From positions 544,001-608,000 of the forward strand of contig CAVXYC010000020.1 of NCBI GenBank assembly GCA_963765765.1: a stretch of DNA of 64,000 nucleotides. The letters are read 5' to 3'. The notes under the pieces were generated by a model. It had not been told where the DNA came from. It saw only the letters and a list, made by a program, of their open reading frames with translations, and searched no databases. Shown one piece after another: positions 42,924 through 53,266 of the stretch (position 1 is the stretch's first letter; the number at the start of each line of letters is the position of its first letter). This DNA comes from an uncultured Chloroflexia bacterium. GTDB taxonomy: Bacteria; Chloroflexota; UBA6077; JACCZL01. Both the position numbers and the translations under genes were made by a program.

Positions 42924-44143
42924 ACCTCAAGATTGCCATTGTCGTACACGGTCGTTTCCACGCCTTCGATCTCGCACGCGGGCTTTTAGAGCGTGGGAAT
43001 GACGTCACGCTCCTCACTAACTACCCGAGGTGGGCCGCGGAGCAGTTCGGCATTCCGAAGAGACGCGTGCGGACCTTCTGGCCCCACGGCGTACTATCCC
43101 GCGCCGCCTGGAAACTCCAGGGGCTGGGCCTGGCCACGTATCCGGAGGCGCGGCTTCACCTGATGTTCGGCCGTTGGGCAGACCGGGAGCTCGCCCAGCA
43201 ACGGTGGGATGTGGTCCATACCTGGAGTGGCGTCTCGGAGGAGATCCATCACGATTTTTCAGAGCAGCCACCGCTCAAACTCATGATGCGCGGCTCCAGC
43301 CATATTCGGACGCAGGCGCGCCTCCTGGAGAATGAAGAGAAGCGGACTGGGATGCTCCAGGAGCGGCCGAGCGAGTGGATCATCGCGCGCGAGGAGCGCG
43401 AGTATCGACTGGCCGAGAGGATCGTGGTCCTCTCTAGCTTCGCCCTCGACAGCTTCGTTTCGCAAGGCGTACCGCGCGATAAACTCGCGGTCCTTCCGCT
43501 CGGCGCTTCCCTTGAAGCGTTCCGTCCGTCACCTGACGTGGCGGAAGCGCGGCGGCGTCGCATCATCGCGGGACAGCCGCTGCGCGTTCTTTACGTTGGT
43601 GCGCTGTCCTTCCGTAAGGGGCTCTGGGATCTGGCCGCCGTGATAGAGGCGCTCTCAGGCAAGGGATTCGAATTTCGTTGCGTCGGCCCATGCGCGCCCG
43701 AGGCGGGGCCACTGGTTGCTCGCCTCGGCGAACGGGCGACGTTCGTGCCGAAACTCCGACAGCGTGAGTTACCGTCCGAGTACGCGTGGGGCGATGTGTT
43801 CATCTTTCCCACTATCGAGGACGGCTATGCTGTGGTCCTGGCACAGGCGGCAGCGTCCGGACTTCCGATCCTGACAACCACCAATTGTGCGGGGCCGGAC
43901 TTGATCCACGAAGGAGTAACGGGCTGGGTGGTGCCGATCAGCAGCTCCCAAGCGCTCATAGATCGGTTGCGCTGGTGCGATTCGCATCCTGCAGCTCTTG
44001 CCGACATGGCTGACCGTGTGTACACGGAGTTTCAGCCGCGCGATTGGGACGACGTTGCGGCCGACTTCGAACGTCTCTGCCTGAGAAGCTTCGCTGAGAG
44101 ACAGGTCACGATCACCGCGGGGGCGAGCGCGGATGCAATCTGA
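42920..44143 (+). CDS. GT4 glycosyltransferase
   Basis: GRFHAF, YVGALSFRKG, FPTIEDGYAVVLAQA. Confidence 0.9.
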   Translation: MNLKIAIVVHGRFHAFDLARGLLERGNDVTLLTNYPRWAAEQFGIPKRRVRTFWPHGVLSRAAWKLQGLGLATYPEARLHLMFGRWADRELAQQRWDVVHTWSGVSEEIHHDFSEQPPLKLMMRGSSHIRTQARLLENEEKRTGMLQERPSEWIIAREEREYRLAERIVVLSSFALDSFVSQGVPRDKLAVLPLGASLEAFRPSPDVAEARRRRIIAGQPLRVLYVGALSFRKGLWDLAAVIEALSGKGFEFRCVGPCAPEAGPLVARLGERATFVPKLRQRELPSEYAWGDVFIFPTIEDGYAVVLAQAAASGLPILTTTNCAGPDLIHEGVTGWVVPISSSQALIDRLRWCDSHPAALADMADRVYTEFQPRDWDDVAADFERLCLRSFAERQVTITAGASADAI

Positions 44144-45542
44144 GTCCCATTTGGGCCTCTGGGTGGCACTCTGGTTGGCCACGGCCGCGACTATCTCACT
44201 CTGGCGTTGGCGGAAGCGGGCAGTCGGCACGGGATTGGTCCCGGCCTATCTCGTGAACTTCGCGATGCTTTATTGGTTAGCCGCCGCGATGTATCTCTTG
44301 CCCGCCTACGAGGACGCCAATCGCCAGCTGCTCGAGGCCGGATTCCAGCAGGCAACATACGCGATAGTCGCATTTGGCGTGGGGAGCCTGATCCTTGCAC
44401 CCTACGTCATCAGTCTCTTCCATCATCCCCAGTTCCGGATACTCAGTCAGACACCTGAGCTGCGCCTGCCCCGGGCGTACATCATGATCGGATTACTCAG
44501 CTACTTCATCGCCCAGCCGCTCCTGGGTCGCGTGCCTACGGTGTCCGCGGTTGTGGCCGCTGGCTGGAGCTTACTCATGACAGGGCTCTGCCTCGCCTGC
44601 TGGCGGAGCTGGCACGAGCGGCGGTCGAAGGACTTCGTCCTGTGGCTGATCGTCGCGCTTGGACTCCCGTTCCTCACAACCATCTCACAAGGTTTCCTCG
44701 GCATCGGGATCGGGGCGACGATCGTCGTCCTGACCTTCGTGGGTACGTTTTATCGGCCCTGGTGGCGGGTGCTTGCCGTGGGACTAATACTCGGATACGC
44801 AGGTCTATCTCTCTACGTCAGTTACGCGCGAGATCGAACGGCGATCCGGGAAGCTGTCTGGGGCGGCGGTGCGTTGTCCGATCGGCTCCAGCGCGTGTAC
44901 GACACGGTCAGTATGCTGGAACCGTTCGACCCGAACGAGCGCGCGCACTTCCAGCGGGTCGACGGTCGCCTCAACCAGAGTCTGCTCATCGGCTCGGCGA
45001 TCGATTACCTGGAGGTCAACGCGGTTCGGGACTTCGGCCGCGGTGAGACGCTGTGGCAAGCGCTCATCGCATTGGTGCCTCGAGCGATCTGGCCGGACAA
45101 GCCGGTGGTGGCGGGCAGCATGACAGTGGTCAGCGACTACACCGGCAGGCAATTCGATCGGAACACCAGTGTTGGCGTTGGCCACGTGATGGAGTTCTAC
45201 ATTAATTTCGGAACCCTGGGCGTCGTCCTGGGCTTCCTTGTGCTGGGCGTAGCCGTCACGGCGTTGGATCGAGCTGCCGGCGTGCGACTCAGGCGAGGTG
45301 ACTGGAAGGGATTTGCACTCTGGTTTCTGCCAGGGCTGAGCCTGCTGCAGGTGGGTGGATCGCTTGTGGAGCTGACTTCGAGCGCCGGGGCGGCGGTGAT
45401 TGCGGCGCTTCTGGTTAACCGCCTTCTACTGGGCGAGCCCGCGGAGCGCTTCTCCGCCCGTGGGGGTCCTGGCCAGGAGCTTTCCCCAATGCCACGCCAG
45501 TCGGATGCGCTCATGCCACGTGGGCCGGGTGGAGGTGGCTAG
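44133..45542 (+). CDS. Wzy-like polysaccharide polymerase (polytopic membrane protein)
   Basis: About 11 TM; large loop with VPRAIWPDKP; EFYINFG. Confidence 0.7.
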   Translation: MQSESHLGLWVALWLATAATISLWRWRKRAVGTGLVPAYLVNFAMLYWLAAAMYLLPAYEDANRQLLEAGFQQATYAIVAFGVGSLILAPYVISLFHHPQFRILSQTPELRLPRAYIMIGLLSYFIAQPLLGRVPTVSAVVAAGWSLLMTGLCLACWRSWHERRSKDFVLWLIVALGLPFLTTISQGFLGIGIGATIVVLTFVGTFYRPWWRVLAVGLILGYAGLSLYVSYARDRTAIREAVWGGGALSDRLQRVYDTVSMLEPFDPNERAHFQRVDGRLNQSLLIGSAIDYLEVNAVRDFGRGETLWQALIALVPRAIWPDKPVVAGSMTVVSDYTGRQFDRNTSVGVGHVMEFYINFGTLGVVLGFLVLGVAVTALDRAAGVRLRRGDWKGFALWFLPGLSLLQVGGSLVELTSSAGAAVIAALLVNRLLLGEPAERFSARGGPGQELSPMPRQSDALMPRGPGGGG

Positions 45543-45543
45543 G

Positions 45544-46701
45544 GTGGCACGCGGCCTGCTGGTGTTGTTCCCGTCCCTTCAGCCGATCGGTGGCGTTCAG
45601 GCAAGCGGGCGATTGGCCTGGGAATGTATATCCGGCCGGCCGCTTGGAGAGCCACGCAGGAGCGATGACCCCGCGCCATTACTCCGTAACGGCAGTCAGC
45701 CGATGGGGGTCAGGAATTCGAAATGTGGAGTCCGAGAGTGGCCCCCTCATAATCCGCGGTCCACAGCCCGATTCCACGCGACCTCGAAGCCTGGCGCGAT
45801 TCTGACGGCCTGTCGTCGTCGCTGGCCGGTGGACACAGTGCTGGTCTGGCACGTGGGTCTGCTGAAATTGCTTCCGTTCTTCCGCTTATCGGGGGCGCGA
45901 CTGGTCCTTTTCCTGCACGGTGTGGAGGCCTGGCGTCGTCACGACTGGCTGACTCGCATGCTGCTGCGTAACGTCGATCTCTTTCTCACAAATAGCGACT
46001 TTACCTGGCAGCGATTCGCCGGGCTCAATCCGGATTGCGGCAGCATGACCCAGCAGACGGTCCATCTCGGAATCGGCTCGCCGCTAGGAGCGGCTCCTCC
46101 CCGGCCGGTCGATCCGCCGGCGGCCCTTGTGTTGGGCCGACTGGTCAGGGGCGAGGGCTACAAGGGCCACCGTGAGCTGATTGACGCCTGGCCCCTCGTT
46201 TTGAAGCAAATACCCGACGCAGAGCTGTGGATCGCGGGCGACGGTGACCTGCGCCCGGACCTGCAGTGGCGGGCCAGGGAGCACGGGCTCGCGCATAACG
46301 TCAAATTCTTCGGCCGGGTCTCCGAGCATCACAAGCAGGACCTCCTAGCCCGCTCCCGCTGCCTGGCAATGCCTAGTCAGGCGGAAGGCTTCGGACTGGC
46401 CTACGTGGAGGCAATGCGCCTGGGGCGGCCGTGCCTGGTGAGCACGCTAGACGCCGGGCGCGAGGTCGTAAATCCACCAGAGGCCGGGCTGGCCGTGTAC
46501 CCGCGAAGCCGCGAGGAGCTCGCCAGGGCCCTGCCTCATTTGCTCACCGCTGGCTCGGAGTGGGATGCCTGGTCCGAGCAGGCACGCGCGCGTTTCGAGG
46601 CTCACTTCACTGCCCGCCATTTCCAGGAGCGCCTGCTCGAAACTCTAGCCCCGACCTATCCGCAGGATCGTACTTCAGCAGTTCTCGAAGTAGCCATCTA
46701 A
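45544..46701 (+). CDS. GT4 glycosyltransferase
   Basis: GGVQ, LHGVE, YKGH, PSQAEGFGLAYVEAM. Confidence 0.9.
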   Translation: MARGLLVLFPSLQPIGGVQASGRLAWECISGRPLGEPRRSDDPAPLLRNGSQPMGVRNSKCGVREWPPHNPRSTARFHATSKPGAILTACRRRWPVDTVLVWHVGLLKLLPFFRLSGARLVLFLHGVEAWRRHDWLTRMLLRNVDLFLTNSDFTWQRFAGLNPDCGSMTQQTVHLGIGSPLGAAPPRPVDPPAALVLGRLVRGEGYKGHRELIDAWPLVLKQIPDAELWIAGDGDLRPDLQWRAREHGLAHNVKFFGRVSEHHKQDLLARSRCLAMPSQAEGFGLAYVEAMRLGRPCLVSTLDAGREVVNPPEAGLAVYPRSREELARALPHLLTAGSEWDAWSEQARARFEAHFTARHFQERLLETLAPTYPQDRTSAVLEVAI

Positions 46702-46702
46702 G

Positions 46703-48662
46703 GTGTGCGGAATCGCAGGCATTCTTCACACGTCTGGCAGTGCTGATGCCGGCCTACCGTTGATCGGGGGTGGAGTCATCTCCCTCGGCGAGGTTGCCCA
46801 GCGAATGGTCGCCTGTCTCCAACATCGCGGCCCGGACGGGAGCGGCGTCGCCAGAGTTGGATTGATCCGGAGCGATGGCGAGCCGTGTGCCATCCTGGCG
46901 CACGCACGCCTTGCCATTCTCGACCTGACTCCCGCGGGCCGGCAGCCGATGGCGGGCGACGATGGAGCGTTGTGGATAACCTACAACGGCGAGACCTACA
47001 ACCAATTCGAGCTGCGTGAGAAGCTAAGTGTCCTGGGAGAGCCCTGGCGGTCGCGAACGGACACCGAGGTAATCCTTCGAGCCTACCGCCACTGGGGACT
47101 GAGCTGCCTGGGCCACTTGCGGGGCATGTTCGCTTTCGCGATCTGGGACGAACGGCGCCGGGCGCTAATCCTGGCCCGCGATCGGCTGGGCATCAAGCCG
47201 CTGTATTGCTACACCGGGAATGGTTTCTTCTTGTTTGCCTCCGAGGTTCGAGCGCTCCTTGCCAGCGGTCTTGTGCCGCGGCGTCTCGATCCGACTGGCC
47301 TCTCGCAGTACCTAGCTTACCAATCGGTCCCCGCGCCGCGAACGCTCGTGGATGGTGTCCGAGCGCTTCTGCCCGGGCTCCTGGCTGAAAGTGGACGTCG
47401 ACGGCAGCGAGAGCCAGGGCCGCTACTGGGATCTGCTCGCGAACGTCTCGCCGGAGGCTGAGCTGGCTGGTGAAGTCCAGAGCCGCCGCCGAGTGGCGGA
47501 ACTGCTGCGAGAGTCAGTCCGCCCTCCATCTCATGAGCGACGTTCCGGTCGGCGCGTTCCTGTCAGGCGGTATCGATTCCAGTGCCGTCGTGGCTTTGAT
47601 GCGGGACGCAGGCGCAGTCCCCCGCACATTCACGGTGGGCTTCGCCGAGCGCGGATTCGACGAGACCGTCTATGCCCGCCAGGTTGCCCAACGATTCGGC
47701 ACGGATCACACCGAGGTTCTGCTGGGTAATAATGACCTTCTCGAGCAGGTCCGGCGGCGCTGGCAGCCATGGATCAGCCGACCGGCGACGGCGTGAACAC
47801 GTACATCGTATCCCGCGCTGTCCATGATGCGGGTATCACGGTTGCGCTCTCCGGGCTGGGCGGTGACGAGATCTTCGGTGGTTACCCGTCGTTCGCGCGC
47901 CTCGGGCGCTTGGCGCGCCTGTCCGGTGCCTGGGGTCAGGTACCAGCACCCCTGCGCGAGATGGTGGCCGGAGGCGTTCGTGCCCTGGGTCGGCACTCCG
48001 TTGCAGCGAACAGAGCTGCTGATATGCTGGAGACGGACGGGAGCCTGGCGGCCCTGTACCCGCCGCAGCGGGAAGTCCTCAGCCGCGGACAGCGGCGGGC
48101 GCTGCTCAAGCCGTCATGGGTCGAAGCCCTGGGCGCTGACCAAGATCCCTACGTTGAGCTTCTTCGGAATGCGTTCCACAGCCGGCCACCAGCCGACGTT
48201 CAGGCCGCGGTGTCATACGCCGAAACGCGCACGTACATGCATGACGTACTGCTACGGGACACCGACCAGATGAGCATGGCACATTCCCTCGAGACGCGCG
48301 TACCGCTGCTGGACCATGTGCTGACCGAATACGTTGTCGGGCTCCCCGGTCGTTGGAAACGGTCGAACGGCACCCCAAAGCGCCTGTTAGTCGAGAGCCT
48401 GGACGGCCTGCTCCCCGACGAAATAGTGCATCGGCCTAAACAGGGTTTCACGCTACCCTTCGACCCCTGGATGCGCGGCCCACTACGCGAGTTCTGTGAG
48501 GCGCGGCTCGGGCCGGAGCGGCTTGGAGAACGAGGTATCTTCCAGCCCGAGCCGCTTGGCTCGCTGTGGAACGACTTTCTGGCCGATCGCCCGGGTCCCA
48601 CCTGGTCCCGCCTCTGGCTGCTGGTCGCGCTCGAGGAATGGCTGGCCAACAATGGCTTCTGA
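46703..48662 (+). CDS. asnB: asparagine synthase-like glutamine amidotransferase, frameshifted
   Basis: MCGIAG, HRGPD, YNGETYN, DTEV, RDRLGIKPL, LSGGIDSS, GGDE, MAHSLETRVP, KQGF; likely amidates a uronic acid in the glycan. Confidence 0.9.
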
Positions 48663-48677
48663 AGGACATCCCCCCGG

Positions 48678-49849
48678 GTGAACGTCCTTCACGTCATCCC
48701 CGCTGTGGCACATCGTTACGGCGGACCGAGCCAGGCCGTTCTGGGAATGTGCAGCGCGCTGCTTGCCCGAGATGTCAGCGTGCTGATTGTGACGACAGAC
48801 GCCGACGGTAAGGAACGCCTCCCGGTGGTTCTGGGACGACCCGTATCACACCAGGGTGTGCCAGCCATCTTCTTCCACCGCCAGTGCAACGAGGCGTTCA
48901 AGTATTCGTGGCCGATGGCTCACTGGATGGACGCTCACGTGGCTGAGTTCGACGTCGTCCACATCCACGCCGTCTTCTCGCACGCCAGCCTGGCAGCAGC
49001 CGCTGCCTCCCGGCGACACGGTGTGAAATACGTCGTCCGTCCCCTTGGCTCGCTCGACCCCTGGAGCATGCGCCAGAAGCGGCTGCAGAAGCGCTTGCTC
49101 TGGCACCTCGGGGTTAACCGGATGCTCATCGAAGCGGCGGCGATCCATTACACCACCGCAGAGGAGCAGCGTCTAGCAGAGACGTCGCTCGGCCTCGGCC
49201 GGGGAGTCGTCATACCCCTGGGTGTCAGTGAGGAGCTGTTGGCCTGCTCGGCATCTGTCGAGCCCGTTACAAAGCGTTGTGCGCAACTGGACGGTTGTCC
49301 CTACGTGCTCGTGCTGGGTCGGTTGCACCCGAAGAAAGGGCTCGAGCTTCTCCTGCGGGCCTTCGGAGAGCTCTCGGCGAGCGCCGAGTTTCGGGACTGG
49401 CGCCTTCTCGTGGCCGGTGATGGCGAGAAAGACTACGTCGCTTCGCTTAAACGGCAGGCGAGGAATCGTGGCGGGTGTGAACGAGTCGTATTTGCCGGCT
49501 GGGTTTCAGGAAAGGAAAAGACCAGCGCACTGCGCGGAGCGGCCCTGGTGATCATGCCGTCGCGACAGGAGAATTTTGGCCTGACAGCAGTTGAGGCTAT
49601 GGCCTGTGGAGTGCCAGTTCTGGTTAGCCCCCACGTGAACCTGGCGGAGGAGATTCGAGGTCCGGGGCTGGATGGGTAGTGCCGCTGGAGGCATCCGGTC
49701 TGGCGAGGGTCCTGGCAGACGTGCTACGTGACCAGCACGAGCGGCTTCGCCGTGGTGCGGCTGGCCGCGCCCTTGTCGCGGCGCGATTCACTTGGCCGGC
49801 TGTGGCCTCTCGGCTCGCGGAACTTTACACGTCAATCCGAAATGAGTGA
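48678..49849 (+). CDS. GT4 glycosyltransferase, frameshifted near C-terminus
   Basis: LHVIP..YGGP, LGRLHPKKG, PSRQENFG..VEAMACG. Confidence 0.9.
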
Positions 49850-50754
49850 TTCTGCGCCCCCGGTGAATAGCCCGGCCTCGACTTGCGGTCATCATACTGA
49901 CGCTCAACGAGGAGCTCAACCTGCCGGCATGTCTCGCGAGCCTCGATGGTCTCGGATGTGATCTGCTCGTGATCGACTCTGGTAGCACCGACGGTACAAC
50001 TGAGATTGCCCATGCCCACGGAGCCCGCGTCCTCACCCACCCGTTCGAGAGTCACGCTCGTCAGTGGAAGTGGGCTCTGGAGCATCTGCCCGCTCCATCG
50101 TCCTGGGTGCTCGGCCTAGACGCCGACCAGTGGCTGACCCCTGAGCTGGTATCAGAGATTTCCAGCCTTTTCAAGGGAACTCAGGTCCGTCTGGAGCAGG
50201 TTGACGGCTTCTATATCAAGCGAAGGCAGATCTTTCGTGGTCAGTGGATCCAGCACGGCGGCTACTACCCGAAGTACCTGCTCAAGCTCTTCCGCCGTGC
50301 CAGTGTCCAGATCGACGAGCTCGACCTGATGGACCATCACTTTTACGTCGCGGGACCCACGGCCAAGTTGCATTTCGATCTTGTCGAAGACAACAAGAAG
50401 GAGAGCGACCTGGCCTTCTGGATCGAGAAGCACAACCGCTACGCGCTACTGCACGCCCGTGAAGAGCTGCTACGTCGGCGTGATAGCTCGAGCTGGAAGA
50501 TCGAGGCGAAGCTGTTCGGGAGCCCCGATCAGCGAGTCGTCTGGCTCAAACAGCGCTGGTATGCTATGCCGCTCTACGTTCGTCCGGCAATGTACTTCCT
50601 GTATCGCTATTTCTTGCAGCGCGGCTTCCTCGATGGCCGCCAGGGCTTCCTATTCCACTTCATGCAAGCCTTCTGGTATCGGGTGCTCGTCGACGCGCAC
50701 TTGCATGACCTGCTCTCAGCACCCAAGGAGAGCGCCGAATCCAATTCGGACTGA
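49842..50754 (+). CDS. GT2 glycosyltransferase (KdtX/LgtF-like), frameshifted
   Basis: VIILTLNEE, IDSGSTDGT, LDAD, KHNRYA, GFLDG. Confidence 0.9.
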
Positions 50755-50856
50755 GCACGGAAATAAGCGGGGAAGTAGGGTACGGGACTTTGGGGATGTT
50801 CGGCTGCAAGGTCTCCGGTCCTGCATTGCTAGTCCGCAATCAACGGTCAAGGGCCG

Positions 50857-50886
50857 CGCCAATGGCATACCCGCCAATGGCATACC
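50857..50886. repeat. 15-bp tandem duplication in the convergent intergenic region
   Basis: cgccaatggcatacc x2. Confidence 0.8.
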
Positions 50887-51056
50887 CAATGTGTCGGCTT
50901 TGCGAAGATGCTACGGTTTTGGCAGGGACGCTACACGACAAGATGGCATTGCGACTGGCTTTCGCAGGGCCGACTGCGACAAATCACGAACTCATTCAGG
51001 GCGGTTGGTCTCGTGCGTCTTCGTTGAAGCGGTCTATCCGCTCCAGCGATAGCAAA

Positions 51057-53204
51057 TCAGGCCGGTCCGCTGGATCGTCTGGCTAACTCACGCGCATAAG
51101 CTGCGCCGGTCGAATCGGAGAGCCTCTCGAGGACATCGGCTGCTCGTGCAAAGAGCACGGAGTTATCTCGCGCGTATCCGGTAGGCATGGCATCGAGGGA
51201 GAGTAGCGGAGTTGATCGATCCAGCAATCGGCCAGCTAGGACATCTCCCAACGTACCAAGCTTTCTTAGGCTAATGGCCTTAGCCAGCATCGCCGCCGCC
51301 TCGCCTGGCCGGCCCGACCGGAGATGCACATCGGCAGCGGCGAGGTATATGCGTGAATCATCTGGCGCTACGACCTGTGCCCGTTCGAAGAGCTCGGTGG
51401 CAACCGTTACTGGCGCAGCGCGGACTCTCCGAACGAGCACATCGACTACCCGCGCTTCGCCCCAGTGCTCAACTGCATCGTTCGGCTCGCTCCGGATGAT
51501 CTGCGCTTCGGATTTCAGCTCGACAAGTGACGGGTCCCAGGGCCCGAGTCGAATCGCTTCCTCGAGCGCGAGAAGCTCTGCGTCGGTGTCCCGCCAGGAC
51601 CGCGCAACGAGAGCTTCCGCCGCCCACACTCGTCCGTGATATGGGCCCCAGGCAATCTGTCTCGCCAGGTCGAGACCGGCGTGGAGTGCGGAGCGGTCGA
51701 CCACGGTCGCCAGCTCCGGCCGATGCAGCACCACTAGCGCTCCATTCAACAGCGCTGACGCTCCGAGCAACGGTAAGCATAAAACCAATCCTATCCTCAC
51801 CAGAGTTCGCCGAGTTCCTCGCCCCCGCCCGTGGGCTCTCGCACTGTGCCACCGCTCCCCAAGTGCTACCAGTACGCCCAACACTGCCCATAACGCTACG
51901 CCGGGCTTTGCTCCTAGCGCCACCGCATCGGCCAGGCCGTAAATTCCGTGAGCAAGAAGTCCAAGCAGCAACCCTGCCGCGAGAAATCGGTGAGTCGGTA
52001 GGGCGCTCGGTCTCGGGTCGCCAATCGTCGGCACCATCACCGCCATCAGGCCACCACGAACCGCCAGCGCAACGATTATCACGAACGCTCCCAGGCCCGG
52101 CAGGCCAAGGTCGAGCGCCGACTGCAAGAGGAAGTTATGAGTATGGGGAACCACTGAGGTCGGGTCGAAGTATTCAGGAGAGACCGCGCCGGGATAAAAG
52201 TTCAACACAACGATCGGAAAGTTGTTCAAGCCGACCCCAGTGAATGGCATATCGAGGATCATGGCCAGAGCACGCTGCCACAACTCGATACGACCGACTG
52301 AGGACGACAATCGGGCGTTCCAATCAACGCTGTGGACGAGCTCACGAAGCCGGTCTTGCCCAGCTACCACCAGGGCGCCGATGCAGCCGGCCGCCAAGGC
52401 TGCCAGGAGCGCCCGCCCCCACCTGCCGCGGCGCCAGGCGGCCCAGCAAGCCCCAACCAGCAGCGCCACCGCCACACCGCCGATACTCGCCCGTGACTGA
52501 GTCAGAATCAGCGCCCCGAGGAGGAGCACGGCGCTACCGAGCGCCAGCCGCCGGGTGGAGCCTCGCTCAAACGCCAAAGCCACCGCGAGCGGTGCGAATA
52601 ATGCAATAGTCCCGCCGACCTGGTTTGCGTTGATACCCCAGACTGCGATTGTAGAAGTCTGGACCCGGCGGTCGAAATCAGGGAGCAGCGAGTACACGTC
52701 TCTGCCAAACAGCTTGCTGCCGGGCTCGGCCATGTATAGGACGCCGCCGATAGCAATCACTGCCCCGAACCCGAGTAGAATCAGTCCCGCTCGGCGTAGC
52801 GTCTCGTCCGAGCGGCACGTATTGAGGCAGGCATAGAAAACGGCCAGACCCAACACGACGCCAAAGAATTTGGGCGAGCTGTAATCCAACCGTACGGACG
52901 GCGTCAGTGAGATCAGAAGTGCAAGGACCAGAATTATCGACGGCCCGTGTGCACGAGAAGGGACGCTCCAGCTGCCTGTTACTGCTCGTCGGATACCCCA
53001 CGCCGCGGCGACGAACACGAGCCCAATCGGGGTATACCACCCGGGAACAAGAAGCGTCGGCGCGGCCATCCCCAGCAGAAGCCACTCGACGGCAGCGAGC
53101 CTCTGAGTCGTAATCTCGATGCGGGCGCCGCTCAATCTCAGTCGCCTGGCTCGGGAGGGTTGTTGGATCCGCTCGACGACCGCCGTGCGACGCTCTGGGG
53201 TCAT
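51057..53204 (-). CDS. O-antigen ligase/O-OTase family protein with TPR tail
   Basis: NANQVGG, LTQSRA, RIELWQRA...PFTGVGLNNF, HTHNFLLQ...LGLPG; TPR-like C-terminus. Confidence 0.9.
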   Translation of the reverse strand: MTPERRTAVVERIQQPSRARRLRLSGARIEITTQRLAAVEWLLLGMAAPTLLVPGWYTPIGLVFVAAAWGIRRAVTGSWSVPSRAHGPSIILVLALLISLTPSVRLDYSSPKFFGVVLGLAVFYACLNTCRSDETLRRAGLILLGFGAVIAIGGVLYMAEPGSKLFGRDVYSLLPDFDRRVQTSTIAVWGINANQVGGTIALFAPLAVALAFERGSTRRLALGSAVLLLGALILTQSRASIGGVAVALLVGACWAAWRRGRWGRALLAALAAGCIGALVVAGQDRLRELVHSVDWNARLSSSVGRIELWQRALAMILDMPFTGVGLNNFPIVVLNFYPGAVSPEYFDPTSVVPHTHNFLLQSALDLGLPGLGAFVIIVALAVRGGLMAVMVPTIGDPRPSALPTHRFLAAGLLLGLLAHGIYGLADAVALGAKPGVALWAVLGVLVALGERWHSARAHGRGRGTRRTLVRIGLVLCLPLLGASALLNGALVVLHRPELATVVDRSALHAGLDLARQIAWGPYHGRVWAAEALVARSWRDTDAELLALEEAIRLGPWDPSLVELKSEAQIIRSEPNDAVEHWGEARVVDVLVRRVRAAPVTVATELFERAQVVAPDDSRIYLAAADVHLRSGRPGEAAAMLAKAISLRKLGTLGDVLAGRLLDRSTPLLSLDAMPTGYARDNSVLFARAADVLERLSDSTGAAYARELARRSSGPA

Positions 53205-53266
53205 TCAGGAGCCTGTGCTGACCGGACTAGCCTGTCCCACGCGGTTGAGCGGCCGACGGACGGGCC

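Noticed and set aside
50857-50886. 15-bp tandem repeat as a regulatory element
   Set aside because: There are only two copies between convergent genes, so a simple slippage duplication explains it.
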